NCBI GenBank assembly: GCA_038087875.1
Contig: CM075988.1
Coordinates: forward strand, 21,330,001-21,394,000
Length of the DNA: 64,000 nucleotides
Direction: 5' to 3'
DNA from: Malacoraja senta
Lineage: Eukaryota
Shown here: piece after piece, positions 36,575 through 50,109 of the stretch
Position numbering within the stretch: the stretch's first letter is position 1
How the letters are laid out: the number at the start of each line of letters is the position of its first letter
Position numbers and translations under genes: made by a program
The notes under the pieces: model-generated
What the model was told of the DNA's origin: nothing
What the model saw: only the letters and a program-made list of their open reading frames with translations
The model's database searches: none

Positions 36575-37000
36575 TGTGTAGGAAGGAACTGGACGTGCTG
36601 GTTTACAACACCCCCAGGGTCTTAGTCTCGACCCGAAATGTCACCTATCCAGAGATAGACACAAAATGCTGGAGTAACTCAGCGGGGCAGGCAGCATCTC
36701 TGGATAGAAGGAATAGGTGATGTTTTCGGGTCGAGACTCTTCTTCAGACTAGACTCCACACCTCCATCCCCTACCAGGATAGTCTTGAAGCCTTCTGTTT
36801 CTTCCTCGCCTGCAGAACCTCAATCAATTTCTCCTCCGCCCAGCAATGATGGTCCTTACTCTTAACAAACTCTCCTTCGACTCCTCCCACTTCCACCAAA
36901 TCCAAGGTCTGAAGAAGGGTCTCAACTCGGAACGTCACCCATTCCTTCTCTCCAGAGATGCTGCCTGACCCGCTGAATTACTCCGGCATTTTGTGCCAAT
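36575..37000. mobile_element. Deleted Penelope-like element: inverted terminal repeats around an RT remnant
   Basis: 36760-36907 reads TSIPYQDSLEAF.FFL...VLTLNKLSFDSSHFHQIQG (the Penelope RT region YTSIP...NNF.F....Y.Q..G). Flanked by TTCTGCTCAAAGCTAG and TTCTGCTCAAAACTAG. Confidence 0.7.
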
Positions 37001-37839
37001 CTTCTGCTCAAAACTAGATGGTATCTTTCTTTTATTCCCAAGTCGAACCTGGTAATTTTGCGTTGGAAGAAACGGCAGATGCTGGCTTACATCGAAGATA
37101 GACACAAAATGCATCCATACCAGAATAAGGATTGGACGCAGGCAGCCGCACTAACTACCCATCGCTGCTGTTTAACCATCCAATAACCAGAGCAATGGGC
37201 TTGTATGTCCTATTACAGTGTGACCAGGCAGAACACTCAATCAGTATACTACAAGTGACTTGTGCAGGTGAACAAGCGCTCTGCGTCTTTCCACAAGACT
37301 GGGCAGGACTTTGTGCCAATATCTTTAGGCTTTTGACTACACGACTGTCACGGGAGAAGGTGCAAATAAGAGGAAGATGTCACTGTGATTTGCAATGCAG
37401 CTAGTTTGCACAATGCCAGAATTAGTCATTAATATCAAGTAATGTAGGATGTTGAAGATTCAGGCCAGAGATTTCTCCACGAGGAGAAATAGGGCGGCAC
37501 GGTGGCGCTGCGGTAGAGTTGCTGCCTTACAGCGCCAGAGATTTCTGTTCGATCCTGACTATGGGTGGTGTCTGTGTGGATTTTGTACATTCTCCCTGTG
37601 ACCGCATGGGTTTTCTCCGGTTTTCTCCCACAATCCGAAGGCGTGCAGGCTTTTAGGTTAATTGGCTTTGGTAAAATTGTAAATTGTCCCTAGTGTGTGG
37701 GATAGTGCTGATGTACGGGGATCGCTGGTTGGCAAGGACTCGGGGGCTGAACGGCCGGTTTCCGTGCTGTATCACTAACGTCTAAAGAAGGTTGTGACAA
37801 AACAGAGATGTGGAGGCCACTGCTCGGCATTGAAAAGAT

Positions 37840-38039
37840 NNNNNNNNNNNNNNNNNNNNNNNNNNNNNNNNNNNNNNNNNNNNNNNNNNNNNNNNNNNNN
37901 NNNNNNNNNNNNNNNNNNNNNNNNNNNNNNNNNNNNNNNNNNNNNNNNNNNNNNNNNNNNNNNNNNNNNNNNNNNNNNNNNNNNNNNNNNNNNNNNNNNN
38001 NNNNNNNNNNNNNNNNNNNNNNNNNNNNNNNNNNNNNNN
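37840..38039. other. Assembly gap (200 N)
   Basis: Run of N. Confidence 1.
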
Positions 38040-39689
38040 ATTCCACAATGGTTCCATATTTTCTTTTGATCACACACGTGACTAAGAATGGGGGCACATC
38101 AAACCAGCATCTGCAGTTCCTTCCAACACACGGCACCAAGTTAAACTGACCTCATCTGCCTGCACATCATCCATATCCCTCTATTCCCTGCTCTTCCATG
38201 CGCCCTTCAAAAAGTCTCTTAAATGCCACTATCGTATCTGCCTCCACCATCACCCCAGGCCCCGGCCATTCTCTGTGGGAAAAACCTGCCCCACACATCT
38301 CCATTAAACTTTATTCCCTCTCACCTTATGGGCTATGTCCTCTAGTGTTGGACATTTCCACTCTGGGAAAAAGTTTCGGATTGTCTATCCCGTCTCTAAC
38401 TCCCATCATTTTATAAACATCTATCAAGTCACCCTCAACTGCTGATGTACCAGAGAAAACAATCCAAGTTTATCCAACCTCTCCCTGTAGATTTAGAATT
38501 TAAACTTTAGAATTTAGAGATGCCCTTTGGCCCACGGAGTCCGTGCCGACCAGCTGTTCACTAACACTAACCTACACACTAGGGACAGTTTACAGTTTAT
38601 TTTACCGAGGCCAATTAACCTACAAACCCAGGTACGTCTTTACAGTGTGGAACCTGTGGAGTCTCCAACAGTGTGGAGACGAGGAAACACTTTTTCTCAC
38701 AGAGAGTGGTGACTCTGTGGAATTCTCTGCCTCAGAGGGCTGTGGAGGCAGGTTCTCTGGATGCTTTCAAGAGAGAGCTAGATAGGGCTCTTAAAAATAG
38801 CGGAGTCAGGGGATATGAAGAGAAGGCAGGAACGGGGTACTGATTGGGGATGATCAGCCATGATCACATTGAATGGCAGTGCTGGCTCGAAGGGCCGAAT
38901 GGCCTACTCCTGCACCTATTGTCTATTGTCTATCCCGGAGAAAACCCACGCAGGTCACGGGGAGAACGTGCAAACTCCATACAGACAGCACCCGTGGTCA
39001 GGATCGAACCCGGGTCTCTGGCGCTGTGAGGCGGTTGCTCCAGTGCGATGCCACTGTGCCGCCCTAGATGTGATAATAATGAACTGCTGAACCATCAAGG
39101 GACTGCGTAAAAAGTATGCTATAAGGAATCTGGGGTATTCATGTCCAGTCGGACATGTGTCAGGGCAGCTGTAATACAGAATCCTCTCTGAACATTCCCA
39201 TGGGAATAACGGCTGAGAGATTCTGACCATCCCACATAACCCACAGCATTTACTTGACCATCCTAGCCATTGCTCGGAGAGCTCCCGGCAGCTGAAGCTT
39301 ACCATTGCGGCTCCATCACGAATGATCAGATTGTGCCGACAATATGAAAAGTTTGGCCTAACGTTTGAAGAAAAGCCTGCTCACATTCCGATGGTGTGAA
39401 GAAAGATCCCGACTCGGAACGTCACCGGTCCACGTCCTCCAGGGAATGCTTCCTGAGCCGCTGAGTTACTCCAGCACTTTGTTTTGGTTTAGTTTAGAGA
39501 TATAGCGTGGAGGCAGGCCCACCAGCCCACAATGTCCGCGCCGACCAGCGATCACCTGTGTACACACTAGTTATCTATGTTATCCCACTTTTGAAACCTA
39601 TATATTCTTGGGGCAAGTTACAGAAGCCAAATTAACATCCAAACCTTCATGTCTTTTGGACGTGGAAGGAAACCGGAGCACCCGAAGAA

Positions 39690-39722
39690 GTCTGATGAAG
39701 GGTCTCGACCCGAAACGTCACC
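39690..39722 (+). ncRNA. Minimal type-I hammerhead ribozyme motif in a Penelope repeat (most canonical copy)
   Basis: GU-CUGAUGA-A-GGGU(CUCG)ACCC-GAAA-C-GUC-AC. Stem I is only about 2 bp and stem III is the self-complementary ACGU. Confidence 0.55.
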
Positions 39723-40619
39723 CATTCCTTCTCTCCAGAGATGCTGCCTGTCCCGCTGAGTTACTCCAGCATTTTGTGTCCACACCCGAAGGAAACCCAC
39801 GCGGTCACAGGGATTTAGTTTAGTTGAGATTAGTTTACTGTTCGGTGTACCGAGGTATACTTAAAAGCCTTTGTTCCGTGCTAACCGGTCAGCAGAAAAA
39901 TGAGACATGATTACAATCGAGCCAGACACACGATAATGGGAATAACGTTGAGAGCAAGATGAAGTCCAATAAAGTCCGATTAAAGATAGTCCGAGGATTT
40001 CCAAAGAGGATGAAACGTCACGAAACGTCACCTATTCCTTTTCTCCAGAGATGCTGCAGAACCCGCTGAGTTACTTGGGTGTAAACCAGCATCTGCAGTT
40101 CCTTCCTATACACGAGGTGGATAGTAGCTCAGGACTGCTCTCAGAAGGTACAAACTCCGTACAGGCAGCACCAGTAACATAGAAACATAGAAACATAGAA
40201 ACATAGAAAATAGGTGCAGGAGGAGGCCATTCGGCCCTTCGAGCCAGCACCGCCATTCATTGTGATCATGGCTGGTCGTCCCCAATCAATAACCCGTGCC
40301 TGCCTTCTCCCCATATCCCTTGATTCCACTAGCCCCTAGAGCTCTATCTAACTCTCTCTTAAATCCATCCAGTGATGTGGCCTCCACTGTGGCAGGGAAT
40401 TCCACAAATTCACAACTCTCTGGGTGAAAACGTTTTTTTCTCACCTCAGTCTTAAATGACCTCCCCTTTATTCTAAGACTGTGGCCCTTGGTTCTAGACT
40501 CGCCCAACATTGGGAACATTTTCCTAGGTCTCTGGCGCTGTGAGCGCTGAATGGCAGCGACTCCACCGCTGTGCCACTTTGTGTGTCGCCCTGCTGATAT
40601 TTTCACTTTGGCACTTCAG

Positions 40620-40661
40620 AGACGTGGAGAAGTGGGTCATGTCCACGGGAGAAACAATGCG
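40620..40661 (+). CDS. Candidate 42-nt frame-preserving exon (e.g. DVEKWVMSTGETM), unassigned
   Basis: CTGAT branch-point-like site, acceptor TTTTCACTTTGGCACTTCAG|, strong donor CG|GTGAGT; all three frames open. Confidence 0.3.
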
Positions 40662-41282
40662 GTGAGTGGAATGGGAAAAACTTTGCCAAGGGCAATTCCA
40701 CACATTCCTGTCGTCATTGCCGGGGACACAAACCGTTAAGCTCAAGGTAGACAAAAATGCTGGAGAAACTCAGTGGGTGAGGCAGCATCTATGGAGCGAA
40801 GGAAATAGGCAACGTTTCGGGTCGAAACCCTTCTTCTGTTAAGCTCAAGTGCCACTGGAACAACAGTGTCAAACCCTTCCAGCTAAATATGGCCTGTGGT
40901 TAAGATCTGAGCCATTTGTTTGATTCCACCCGGTGGCCTTTTGGTGCACGGCCCGATGATTGAGTGAACTATTTAAACCTGCAGTCTTTTGGGAGCAGCT
41001 GCAATCTTGCCATCAACTCTTTAAAATGTGAACATTTTCTCTACATTTTACTCTGCAGAAACTCAGTGTGAGCAGATCTCTACTCATTGAGATAAATACT
41101 CATAGACTTTGATCTGGTGTGTGGTGACATGTTTAGTTTAGTTTCGTTTTAGAGATACAGCACAGAAGCAGGTCATCCCACCCACCGAGTCCACGCCGAC
41201 CAGCGATCCCCATACACTAGCACTATCCTACACACTGGGGACAATTTAAAATCTTTACCGAAGCCAATTAACCAACAGACCT

Positions 41283-41533
41283 ATGTAAGAAAGAACAGCA
41301 GATGCTGGTTTAAATCGAAGGTAGACACAAAATGCTGGAGTAACTCAGCGGGTGAGGCAGCATCTCTGGAGAGAAGGAATGGGCGACGTTTCGGGTCGAG
41401 ACCCTTCTTCAGACTGATCAGTCTCGACCCCAAACGTCGCCCACTCCAGAGATGCTGCCTCACCCGCTGAGTTACTCCAGCAATTTGTGTCTACCTTCGA
41501 TTTAAACCAGCATCTGCAGTTCTTTCTTACACA
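41283..41533. mobile_element. Penelope terminal-repeat derivative, long palindrome
   Basis: TGTAAGAAAGAACAGCAGATGCTGGTTTAAATCGAAGG... and its reverse complement ending ...GCAGTTCTTTCTTACA. Confidence 0.8.
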
Positions 41534-42535
41534 GGTACGTGGATAGGACAGGTTTGGGTACGTGAGACAAGTGTAGCTGGGACATGTTGGCCGGTGTGAG
41601 CTGTGTGACTCTGGGATTCTATGACTCTATTTCCAGTGTCTCCAGTATTCTCGAGGAGGTGAAAAACGTTTCCTGGAAATCCTCCGTAGCTAAATATTGG
41701 AAGAAGTTAAGACTGTACCTGACCCAGGGAAGGTGGCACAGCGGTATAGTTGCTGCCCTACACAACGTACAGCACAAGAGACCTGGGTTCGATCCCAACC
41801 ATGGTCTATACAGAGTTTGTACGTTCTCCCCGTGACCATGTGGGTTTTCTCCGAGATCTTCGGTTTCCTCCAACACTCCAAAGACGTACAAGTTTGTGGG
41901 TTAATTGGCTTGGACAAACGTAAACGTTAAAAAAATGTCCATAGTGTGTGTAGGATAGTGTTAGCGTGAGGGGATCGCTGGTTGGTGCGGAGTCGGTGGG
42001 GCGATGTATCTCTAAGCTAAACTAAACTAAACTGAAACTATCTCTGGTCCGTGTGATCTACCCCAACCAATGGAGTAAAACTCAGGCGAAATCTATAAGG
42101 TTAAATGTTACTCCCCAAGATTATTGACAAGGAAAGAATTTAAAGCATCTTGGCCAATGTATAACGAGGTGCACAGTGGGGGAGGATGGGGATGGGCGGA
42201 GAGCATCTCCGTAACAGCTCCTGTGATCTAAGCTGGAGTAAAATCCCACCTACAAGAGGGATGATCCACTGTCATTGCAGCATGTATCTTGCCCAAGGCT
42301 TGTTTGTTTAATTCATGGTATTGATTTAATGGTGTCGGAAGCAAAGGGAGAATAAATGCTCAACCTGCTGGAGACACGTGCGATGAAATGAAGCTGGGTT
42401 TAGGGTGGACAGTAACTGGTTGGTCTCACTTCAGCGACACTTTAGTTTAGTTTAGTTTAGAGATACAGCGCGGAAACGGGCCCCTCGGCCCACCGTGTCC
42501 GCACCGACCAGCGATCCCCGCACACTAACACTATC

Positions 42536-42573
<38 letters not shown>

Positions 42574-43027
42574 GATAGAAGATGCTGCCTGTCCCGTTGA
42601 GTTACTCCAGCATTTTGTGTCCATCTTCGGTGTAAACCAGCATCTGCTGTTCCTACCTACCCCACACATCCACTGTCCACTCAGCAGAGTGTGGAGTATC
42701 TCTGCCTTGTGCAAAGTGACCCACAACCTAACGTTATTTATTTTCCACAACAAACTTAGTAATATCCTGTTTATCATCCTGAGCTACATGACTGAAGTTT
42801 AATGGGCATAATTTGTTGCAGCCAGCACAGGGCAACGGGGCAATTGAATTCGTTCTCACCCCGGAAGGTATGGTTTTCGATTAAAGGCAGGCGAGTGGAA
42901 GCAAGAATTAATACGCTGTGTGTTATGAGTGATGGCAAAGCACTTAGATTTATTGTAACCAGTTATATATCACGTAACATGAAGCTATGGAGGTGAGCAA
43001 CAACAAAAAAAGCCTGACTGAGAGAAA

Positions 43028-43359
43028 GGGCGGCACGGTGGCGCAGCGTTAGAGTTGCCGTCTTACAGCGCCAGAGACCCGGGATCGATCCTGACTACGG
43101 GTGCTGTCTGTACGGAGTTTGTACGTTCTCCCTGTGGCCACGTGGGTTTTTCTCCAGGCATTCCGGTTTCCTCCCACACTCCAAAGACGTACAGGTTTGC
43201 AAGCTAATTTGCTTTGGTAAAATTGTAAATTGTCCCTCGCGTATGTGTGCGTGTGTGTGTAGGATGGTGCTAGTGTCCGGGGTGATTGCTGGTCGGTGCG
43301 GACTCGGTGGGCCGAAGGGCCTGTTTCCGCGCTGTATCTCAGATCTAAACTAAACTAAA
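43028..43359 (+). mobile_element. HE1-like V-SINE, full length
   Basis: Head GGGCGGCACGGTGGCGCAGCG, B-box-like GGATCGATCC, V-type body, CR1-like tail and (CTAAA)n. Confidence 0.9.
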
Positions 43360-44744
43360 GTTGAAAAGATTACAAATAAAGTGAGTGGTATTAACAGAGT
43401 AACGATAAATCCTTCGTAGACACAAAATACTGGAGTTACAGCCTCTCTGGATGGAAGGAATGGGTGATGTTTCATGTCTGAAGAAGGGTCTCGACCAGAA
43501 ATGTCACCCATTCATTCTATCCATGGATGCTGCCTGACCCGCTGAGTTACTCCAGCATTCTGTGTCTATCTTTGGTGTAAACCAGCATCTGCAGTTCCTT
43601 CCTACACATAAATCCTTCATTATAATGAATCAGAATTCATTTGCCAATCTAGTCCCTTGATTTAAGAATATTATATTCAGATGTAAGCAAGACGATTATT
43701 TTGTGATCATAAACTCCGTGACAAATTGATCAGATTGGTGTTGTCATGTAGCCTCTTGTACTGTAGGATTTAATTTTGTTTTAGCTGCTGGTTCCGTCTA
43801 TAAAATCGCTTGTAAAACTTGTACGAACGTCATTATCCATACTTAAACCTCTCAGCGCTTCTATTGATCTATAAATGATACAGCCGGTAAGAATATGAAG
43901 CAACTTTCCACATGCCTCTTAATTACTTTAATGACTTCAAGCTTCTCTCTCCTTGTTTCTTGTCAAAGGAAGAACTCTGGAAATACGTGCAAATTAATTC
44001 ACAGCCAGAGCCTTCTCAATGATGCTCTCAAAAATCCATACGTGTTTAATTATTTCGGGGCAAACGTGAAATCTTCGAGGAAAGTAGTTGGTGTATTCTT
44101 TTAATACACTGGGATTGGAAATGGACCAGATGTTTCACCAGCTCTGTTCGTCCAGGAACTAACATCACACCAACACACTAATGGACTTCAACCAGGAGTT
44201 ATATCTTTCACAAGAGTACACTATACGATAAAATATGATACGATAGAACTTTATTTATCCCAGGAGGGAAATTCATCTGCCGACAGTCATGAATACACAA
44301 AAAACACAAAATACATGAAACATGAAATTATATTGATAAGTGGAAAGGATTGGGGATGTGCAAAGATTGGGAAGGGGGGGGGGGGGGAAGAGGGGAGTCA
44401 GTCTCAGTCTACCCCCAACACAGGAGGGGGAGGAGTTGTTCAGCTTGATAGCCACAGGGAGGAAGAATCTCCTGTGGCGTTCTGTCCTGCATCTTGGTCT
44501 GAAGGCATCTGCTGGCAAAGTCTCGTGACACTGGATAGAGGACTGGATGGAGTGGATGTGGAGAGGATGTTTCCACGAGTGGGAGACTCTAGGACCAGAG
44601 GTCATAGCCTCAGAATTGAAGGACACTCCTTTAGGAAGGAGATGAGGAGGAATTTCTTTTGTCAGTGTGGTGAATCTGTGGAATTCATTGCCACAGCAGG
44701 CTGTGGAGGCCAACTCAATGGATATTTAATTGTGATTATGAATA

Positions 44745-45508
44745 CGTTTATTGGCCAAGTATTCACATACAATGAATTTGCCTTGGTGCTCCGCCCGCAA
44801 GTGACAACATGACATACAGTGACAGTTAGGAATAACACATAAAACATGAAACAGTAATAATAAAACATTATCGATTATACATGTGAATTAAATAAAATAC
44901 CAGAGCAAAAGGAGGCTACAGACTTTTGGTTATTGAGTAGAGCAACTACTCGTGGAAAAAAGCTGTTTTTATGCCTGGCTGTGGCAGCTTTGACAGTCCG
45001 GAGTCGCCTTCCAGAGGGAAGTGCTTCCAAGTGTTTGTGGCCAGGGTGAGAGGGGTCAGAGATGATCTTGCCCGCTCGCTTCCTGGCCCTTGCAGTGTAC
45101 AGTTCATCAATGGAGGGAAGGTTGCAGCCAACAACCTTCTCAGCTGATCGGACGATTCGCTGCAGCCTCCAGATGTCGTGCTTGGTGGCTGAGCCAAACC
45201 AGACCATGATGGAGAAGGTGAGGTCAGACTCTACGATGGCAGTATAGAATTGGACCATCATTGCCTGTGGCAGATTGCGCTTCCTCAGTTGCCGCAGGAA
45301 GTACATCCTCTGTTGGGCCTTTTTGACTGTGGAGTCGATGTTGGCCCCCATTTCAGGTCCTTGGAAATGATGGTTCCAAGGAACTTAAAAGACTCTACAG
45401 ATGTGACTGTGGTGTTGTTGATGGTGAGTGGGGTGAGGGGAGGGGGAGCTCTCCTAAAGTCTACAATCAATTCCACACTCTTAAGAGCATTGAGCTCCAG
45501 ATTGTTAC
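44745..45508 (-). mobile_element. Rex1/Babar LINE 3' portion
   Basis: Reads ELIVDFRR...VESFKFLGTIISKDLKW / KKAQQRMYFLRQLRK...FYTAIVES..TFSIMVWFG...DPSHPGH...LPSGRRLR...SFFP. The same 3' UTR occurs at 32810-33020 and 59750-59965. Confidence 0.9.
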
Positions 45509-47820
45509 GAAGGGCAGAGATAGATAGATTCTTGATTAGTATGGATGTCAGTGGTCGTAGGGAGAATGCAGGTGAATGGGGTTAGGAGGGTGAGATAGAT
45601 CAAGCATGATTGAATGGCGGAGTAGACTTGAGAGGCCGAATGGCCTAATTCTGCTCCTATCACATGAACCTATGAACCTATGACACTAACAACTTGGTAG
45701 AGTTGCTGCCTCACAGCGCCAGAGACCCGGGTTCGATCCTGGCTACGGGTGCTGCCTGTACGGAGTTTGTACTTTCTCCCTGTGACCGTGTGGGTTTTCT
45801 CCGGGTGCTCTGGTTTCCTCCCACACTCCAAAGACGTACAAGTTTGTGGGTTAATTGGCTTCTGGTAAGTTGTAAAATTGTCCCTGGTGTGTGCAGGATA
45901 GTGCTGGTGCGCAGGGTGATAGCTGGTCAGCGCAGACGCGGTGGGCGGAAGGGCCTGTTTCCATGCTGTATCCTTTTCTTCAAGAATGATCAAGATGAAG
46001 GTTAATCAACGACGAAAAAGAGATGTCAGGATTGTTCTCTCCTGCAATTGACTGGATAAATTGCACATTCTCAGAAAGTGTCTGCACTGTTACCTCATTA
46101 ATGTTCCAGCCTATTAGTCTTCTTATTTGATTATTACCATAATGACGTGCTGCACATACAGTAATATAATAATACGTTTGCTGCAACGGCCAGACTCCTG
46201 GCTGTAAATCGGATGGTTGAATGCTTCAGTTCAGTAATGCACGAACAGCTCATTGCTCAGGCCGTCTCCTTGGTTTCTTGGTTTCTTGGTTCTCCAAAAT
46301 ATTCCAAATGGAATTTAAACTGGAGGTGGTGGAGGGAGGACTTAAGCCAGAAAGGGTTTTTGGGAAGAAAGAGCTACCTTAAATTTAGTTGCATCTGGTT
46401 GGGTAACTATGGTACGGTGGAGATTATTCCATGCTTTAATTGTGCGGGGGAAGAATGAATTGCTGTACACATCTGTCTTGGTAGCTGGAATCTCAAATTG
46501 GATCGAATGTCCTCGTCTGCTCCTAATTGGTTTGGGTTTGGTGTAGGTCTTGTAATCTCTCCTTGGTACAGCCCTGACTGTTCATAGTTTCTAGGAGCTG
46601 AATTAGGCCACTCGGCCCATCTAGTCTACTCTGCCATTCAATCAAGGCTGATCCACCTTTCCCTCACAACCCCATTCTCCTGCCTTCTCCCCATAACCCC
46701 TGACACCCGTACTAATCAAGAATCTATCAAGCTCTGCCTTAAAAAATATCCAATGACTGGGCCTACACAGCCTTCTGCGGCAATGAATTCCACAGATTTA
46801 CCTCCCTCTGACTAAAGACCACAGATTCACGAGCTTCTGACGAAAGAGTTGCGCGGAGCATATAGGTCCCATTTCATTGGCTCAGCATAGCGGCATGGTG
46901 GCGCAGTGGTAGAGCTGCTGTTGTTCAGCATGGGAGACCCGGGTTCGATCCTGACTACGGGTGATGTCTGTACGGAGTTTGTACGTTCTCCCAGTGACTG
47001 CGTGGCTTTTCCTCGGGTGTTCCGGTTTCCTCCCACACTCCAAAGACGTGCAGGTTTGTAGGCTAATTGGATTTGGTAAACAAGAGGGTAGATAATTAGA
47101 AGTATTGAAGATGGAGGTATGGAGAATTGTTTTTGTAAGATCGGGTGAAAATGAGGGCTGTGGGAAGGAGTTGAGACATTGAGCAGAACTCAACGGTGGG
47201 GCAGGCAAGAGGCAGCAAGTGGTCTACTCCTGCTATTTTCTTCTGCTTGGGGTTGTCCATTCAGGTCATTGATTTCTCTGTGGGCACAAGGAAATGTTGA
47301 AGCTTGCATGTCCTGCCTTCTATGTGCTGGCACCAGTTTAAGAATAAGGGGTACGCCATTTAGGACTGAGATGAGGAAAAACGTTTTCACCCAGAGAGTT
47401 GTGAATCTGTGGAATTCTCTGCCACAGAAAAGGCAGCAGAGGCCAATTCACTGGGTGTTTTCAAGAGAGAGTTAGATATAGCTCTTGGGATAACGGAATC
47501 AAGTGATATGGGGAGAAAGCAGGAACGGGGTACTTATTCTGGATGATCAGCCATGATCATATTGAATGGTGGTGCTGGCACAATGGGCCGAATGGCCTCC
47601 TCCTGCACCTATTTTCTATGTTTCCATGTTTCTACCAGCAGGCCCTCGTTCTGTCGCTCCTACAGTTCCAGGCCTCACTCACCCAGACCTGCAATTGATC
47701 TCACCTTTAAGTTGTCCCAGAGTCTGAAGAAGGGTTTCGACCTGATACATCACCTATCCATGACCTCCTGAGATGCTACAATCAGTCTGGAAAAGGGTCA
47801 CGACCCGAAACGTCACCTAT

Positions 47821-48550
47821 CCATGTTTTCCAGCGATGCTGCCTGACCTGCTGAGTTACTCCAGCACTTTGTGTGTTTTTTTTGTAAACCATCAGTTCCT
47901 TGTGTGCACATATATTTCTTTAATGGCTTCAGGCAATGCCAGTTAGTTACTGATGGGAGAAATGGCACAAATCTATAGGGCTACCTTATTCTATTGGGTT
48001 GTAAAAATAAATGAACTGAAGTGAATTTCCACTAATGGGTAATCATCGAGAAAGCAATGATCGTGAAGCTCGTACATGTTAGTGGCTGATAATCAGCATC
48101 GATCCAATCCATTGGCCTAATTCTGCTCCTATATCTTAAGAACATGAACTTATACTTCCAAGGAAAGTTAAGAGGTTTGGGCTTGTATTTTCTGATGACT
48201 AGTACAATGAATGGTGACCTTATGAGACTTATAAGATGTTAAGGGGTTATGATAATATGTTCTCCAGAGATGCCTGCCTGATCCGCTGTGTTACTCCAGC
48301 ACTTTGTGTCTTCTTTTGTAAACCAGCATCTGTAATTCCTGCTGTTGCTTGTGTCAACATTGATTTCTTTAATGGGTTCAATCAATGCCAGTTTGTTACC
48401 ACGAGTACTGATCACTCTGATGGGAGAAATGGCACAAACCCATAGGGCTACCTAATTCTTCGGGGTTGTAAAAATATATGATTGGAAGTGAATTTCCTCT
48501 AATGGTTAATAATTGAGAAAGCAATGATCGAGTAGCTTGTGCATTTTAGT
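47821..48550 (+). repeat. Old local tandem duplication (about 47821-48085 and 48257-48550)
   Basis: Both copies share a Penelope remnant plus unique flank GATGGGAGAAATGGCACAAA..ATAGGGCTACCT...GAAGTGAATTTCC.CTAATGG...GAGAAAGCAATGATCG. Confidence 0.8.
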
Positions 48551-48720
48551 GCCTTCATTCATCATCGTTGAAAACATTAGCGACACATTGGCGCTGGTTT
48601 CCGACGGGAACGGTGACGGACGCACCACACATCTCTGTCCTCCAGTTCCTGCGGACTTCCGCCGCTGGAAGTCTAGGATTTTGGTGTGTGTGTGCTTTAT
48701 CATGGTGCCTTACAATGCTA

Positions 48721-49429
48721 CGTCCCACACTCCAAAGACGTACAGCTTTGTAGGTTAATTGGCTTGGTATAAGTGTAAATTGTTACTAATGTGTGTAGGG
48801 CAGTGTTAATGTGCAGGGATCGCTGGCCTGTTTTTCTGCTGTATCTCTAAACTAAACTAAATTAAAACCTAAAACTTTTCCCACCTTATTTCTCCCTGCT
48901 CCCATCGGGCAGAAGACACGGAAGCACAGCCAGCCAGGGAATGGATGTAGATAGACAACTTGTTTTGGTTGAGATGGAGAGACCAGTGGAAGTCAGCGGA
49001 ACCATCTAGGCTACACCATTACATCAATGACCCCATGGACGTCCCTGGCCAGGACCTGCCCCGAAAGCAGTGGACAACCCTCAACCGCTTGAGGACAGGC
49101 ATCGGACGCTATGGAGTAGCGATGAAGAGGTGGGGCCTCGTGGACAGCGCCTGCTGCGAGTGTGGGGACCCAACACAGACAGTGGAGCACATAGTTACCA
49201 GTTGCCCCCAAACACCGGCCACCGAATGGTGAACGAGGTCTGATTGACCTGGACGATGACACGTTGGCCTGGCTCGCCTCAACGGAGCTGCAGGTCTAAA
49301 AGACACACGACAGAAGAAGAAGAAGAAATTTCTAAAGATTAGATATTAGAATCACTTAGCACACTCTCACAACGTCTAAGAAGGATCTAAATAAGCACTC
49401 AAATTACCAAGGAATAGAAGGCTCTGAAC
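48721..49429 (+). repeat. Left arm of a ~710-bp inverted duplication
   Basis: Near-identical reverse complement of 53444-54155. Confidence 0.95.
48925..49327 (+). mobile_element. Vingi (Ingi-related) non-LTR retrotransposon 3' end
   Basis: Reads LPRKQWTTLNRLRTGIGRYG..MKRWGL.DS..CECG...QT.EHIV.SCP (CCHC knuckle). Stop at 49297, very short UTR, (GAA)n tail; one frameshift. Confidence 0.75.
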
Positions 49430-50109
49430 TCGCTAGGAGCTCATCCGCCCTTTGACAGGTCTTGTTTTTGGTCCTGCTGGGGAGCACAGCCCCATCCTCA
49501 CCAGGCGAACCAGGTGGGGGAGATGGTTTAGTCGCCGACTATCCGACCATGGAGCAGGTAGCACGGGATTACATGATACCTCTGTGGCGGGGGGAACTCC
49601 TCCCGACCTGACCTGAGAATGCCTGATAATTCGCATTCATCCAGTTCCGTCTTTTTATTGAAGACGAGATGGTGTAAATGTGAGGATTTTGTTTTTGCGT
49701 TTGGGGAAGTGATATACAGTGGTGCACAAGCACATCGGTAGTGGATCTCAGACATTCTTTAAAGTGAAGTGCTTTTGAACCATCTCCTTGTGAATTCATA
49801 AGAACACACGCTTATCTCTTAAGAAGATTTAAAGGACCCATTATTCTTAGACTCGACCTCAAAACAAATTAGACTGCATCGTCATAAATCTCTTGGTACT
49901 GCAGTCTTTTAATTTCAAAGGTTCAAAATCAGCAAATAACTACTTTTTTTATTATTAGTAGGCTCTCTTGGCTGATACATGAAATAGCATAAAATATTGG
50001 CAGCAACACCAAATAATTCCAGGAGCCATGCAGTGGATTTTAGACCTGGCGTAGCATGTGGAAGCGGCCAGATAAACTGGTTGAGAAGGTAGGAGGAAAT
50101 GTTGCCTTT

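Noticed and set aside
37690..38149. ORFs spanning the N run
   Set aside because: Artefacts of the assembly gap; adjacency across it is unverified.
43028..43100. tRNA gene
   Set aside because: The A/B-box-like head continues into a SINE body and CR1-like tail, as in all similar copies.
49432..49600. Possible further HDV-like ribozyme in an RTE-like 5' UTR fragment (minus strand)
   Set aside because: ACC...GGT is present but I could not build a consistent P1, P2 and J4/2; too degenerate to support.
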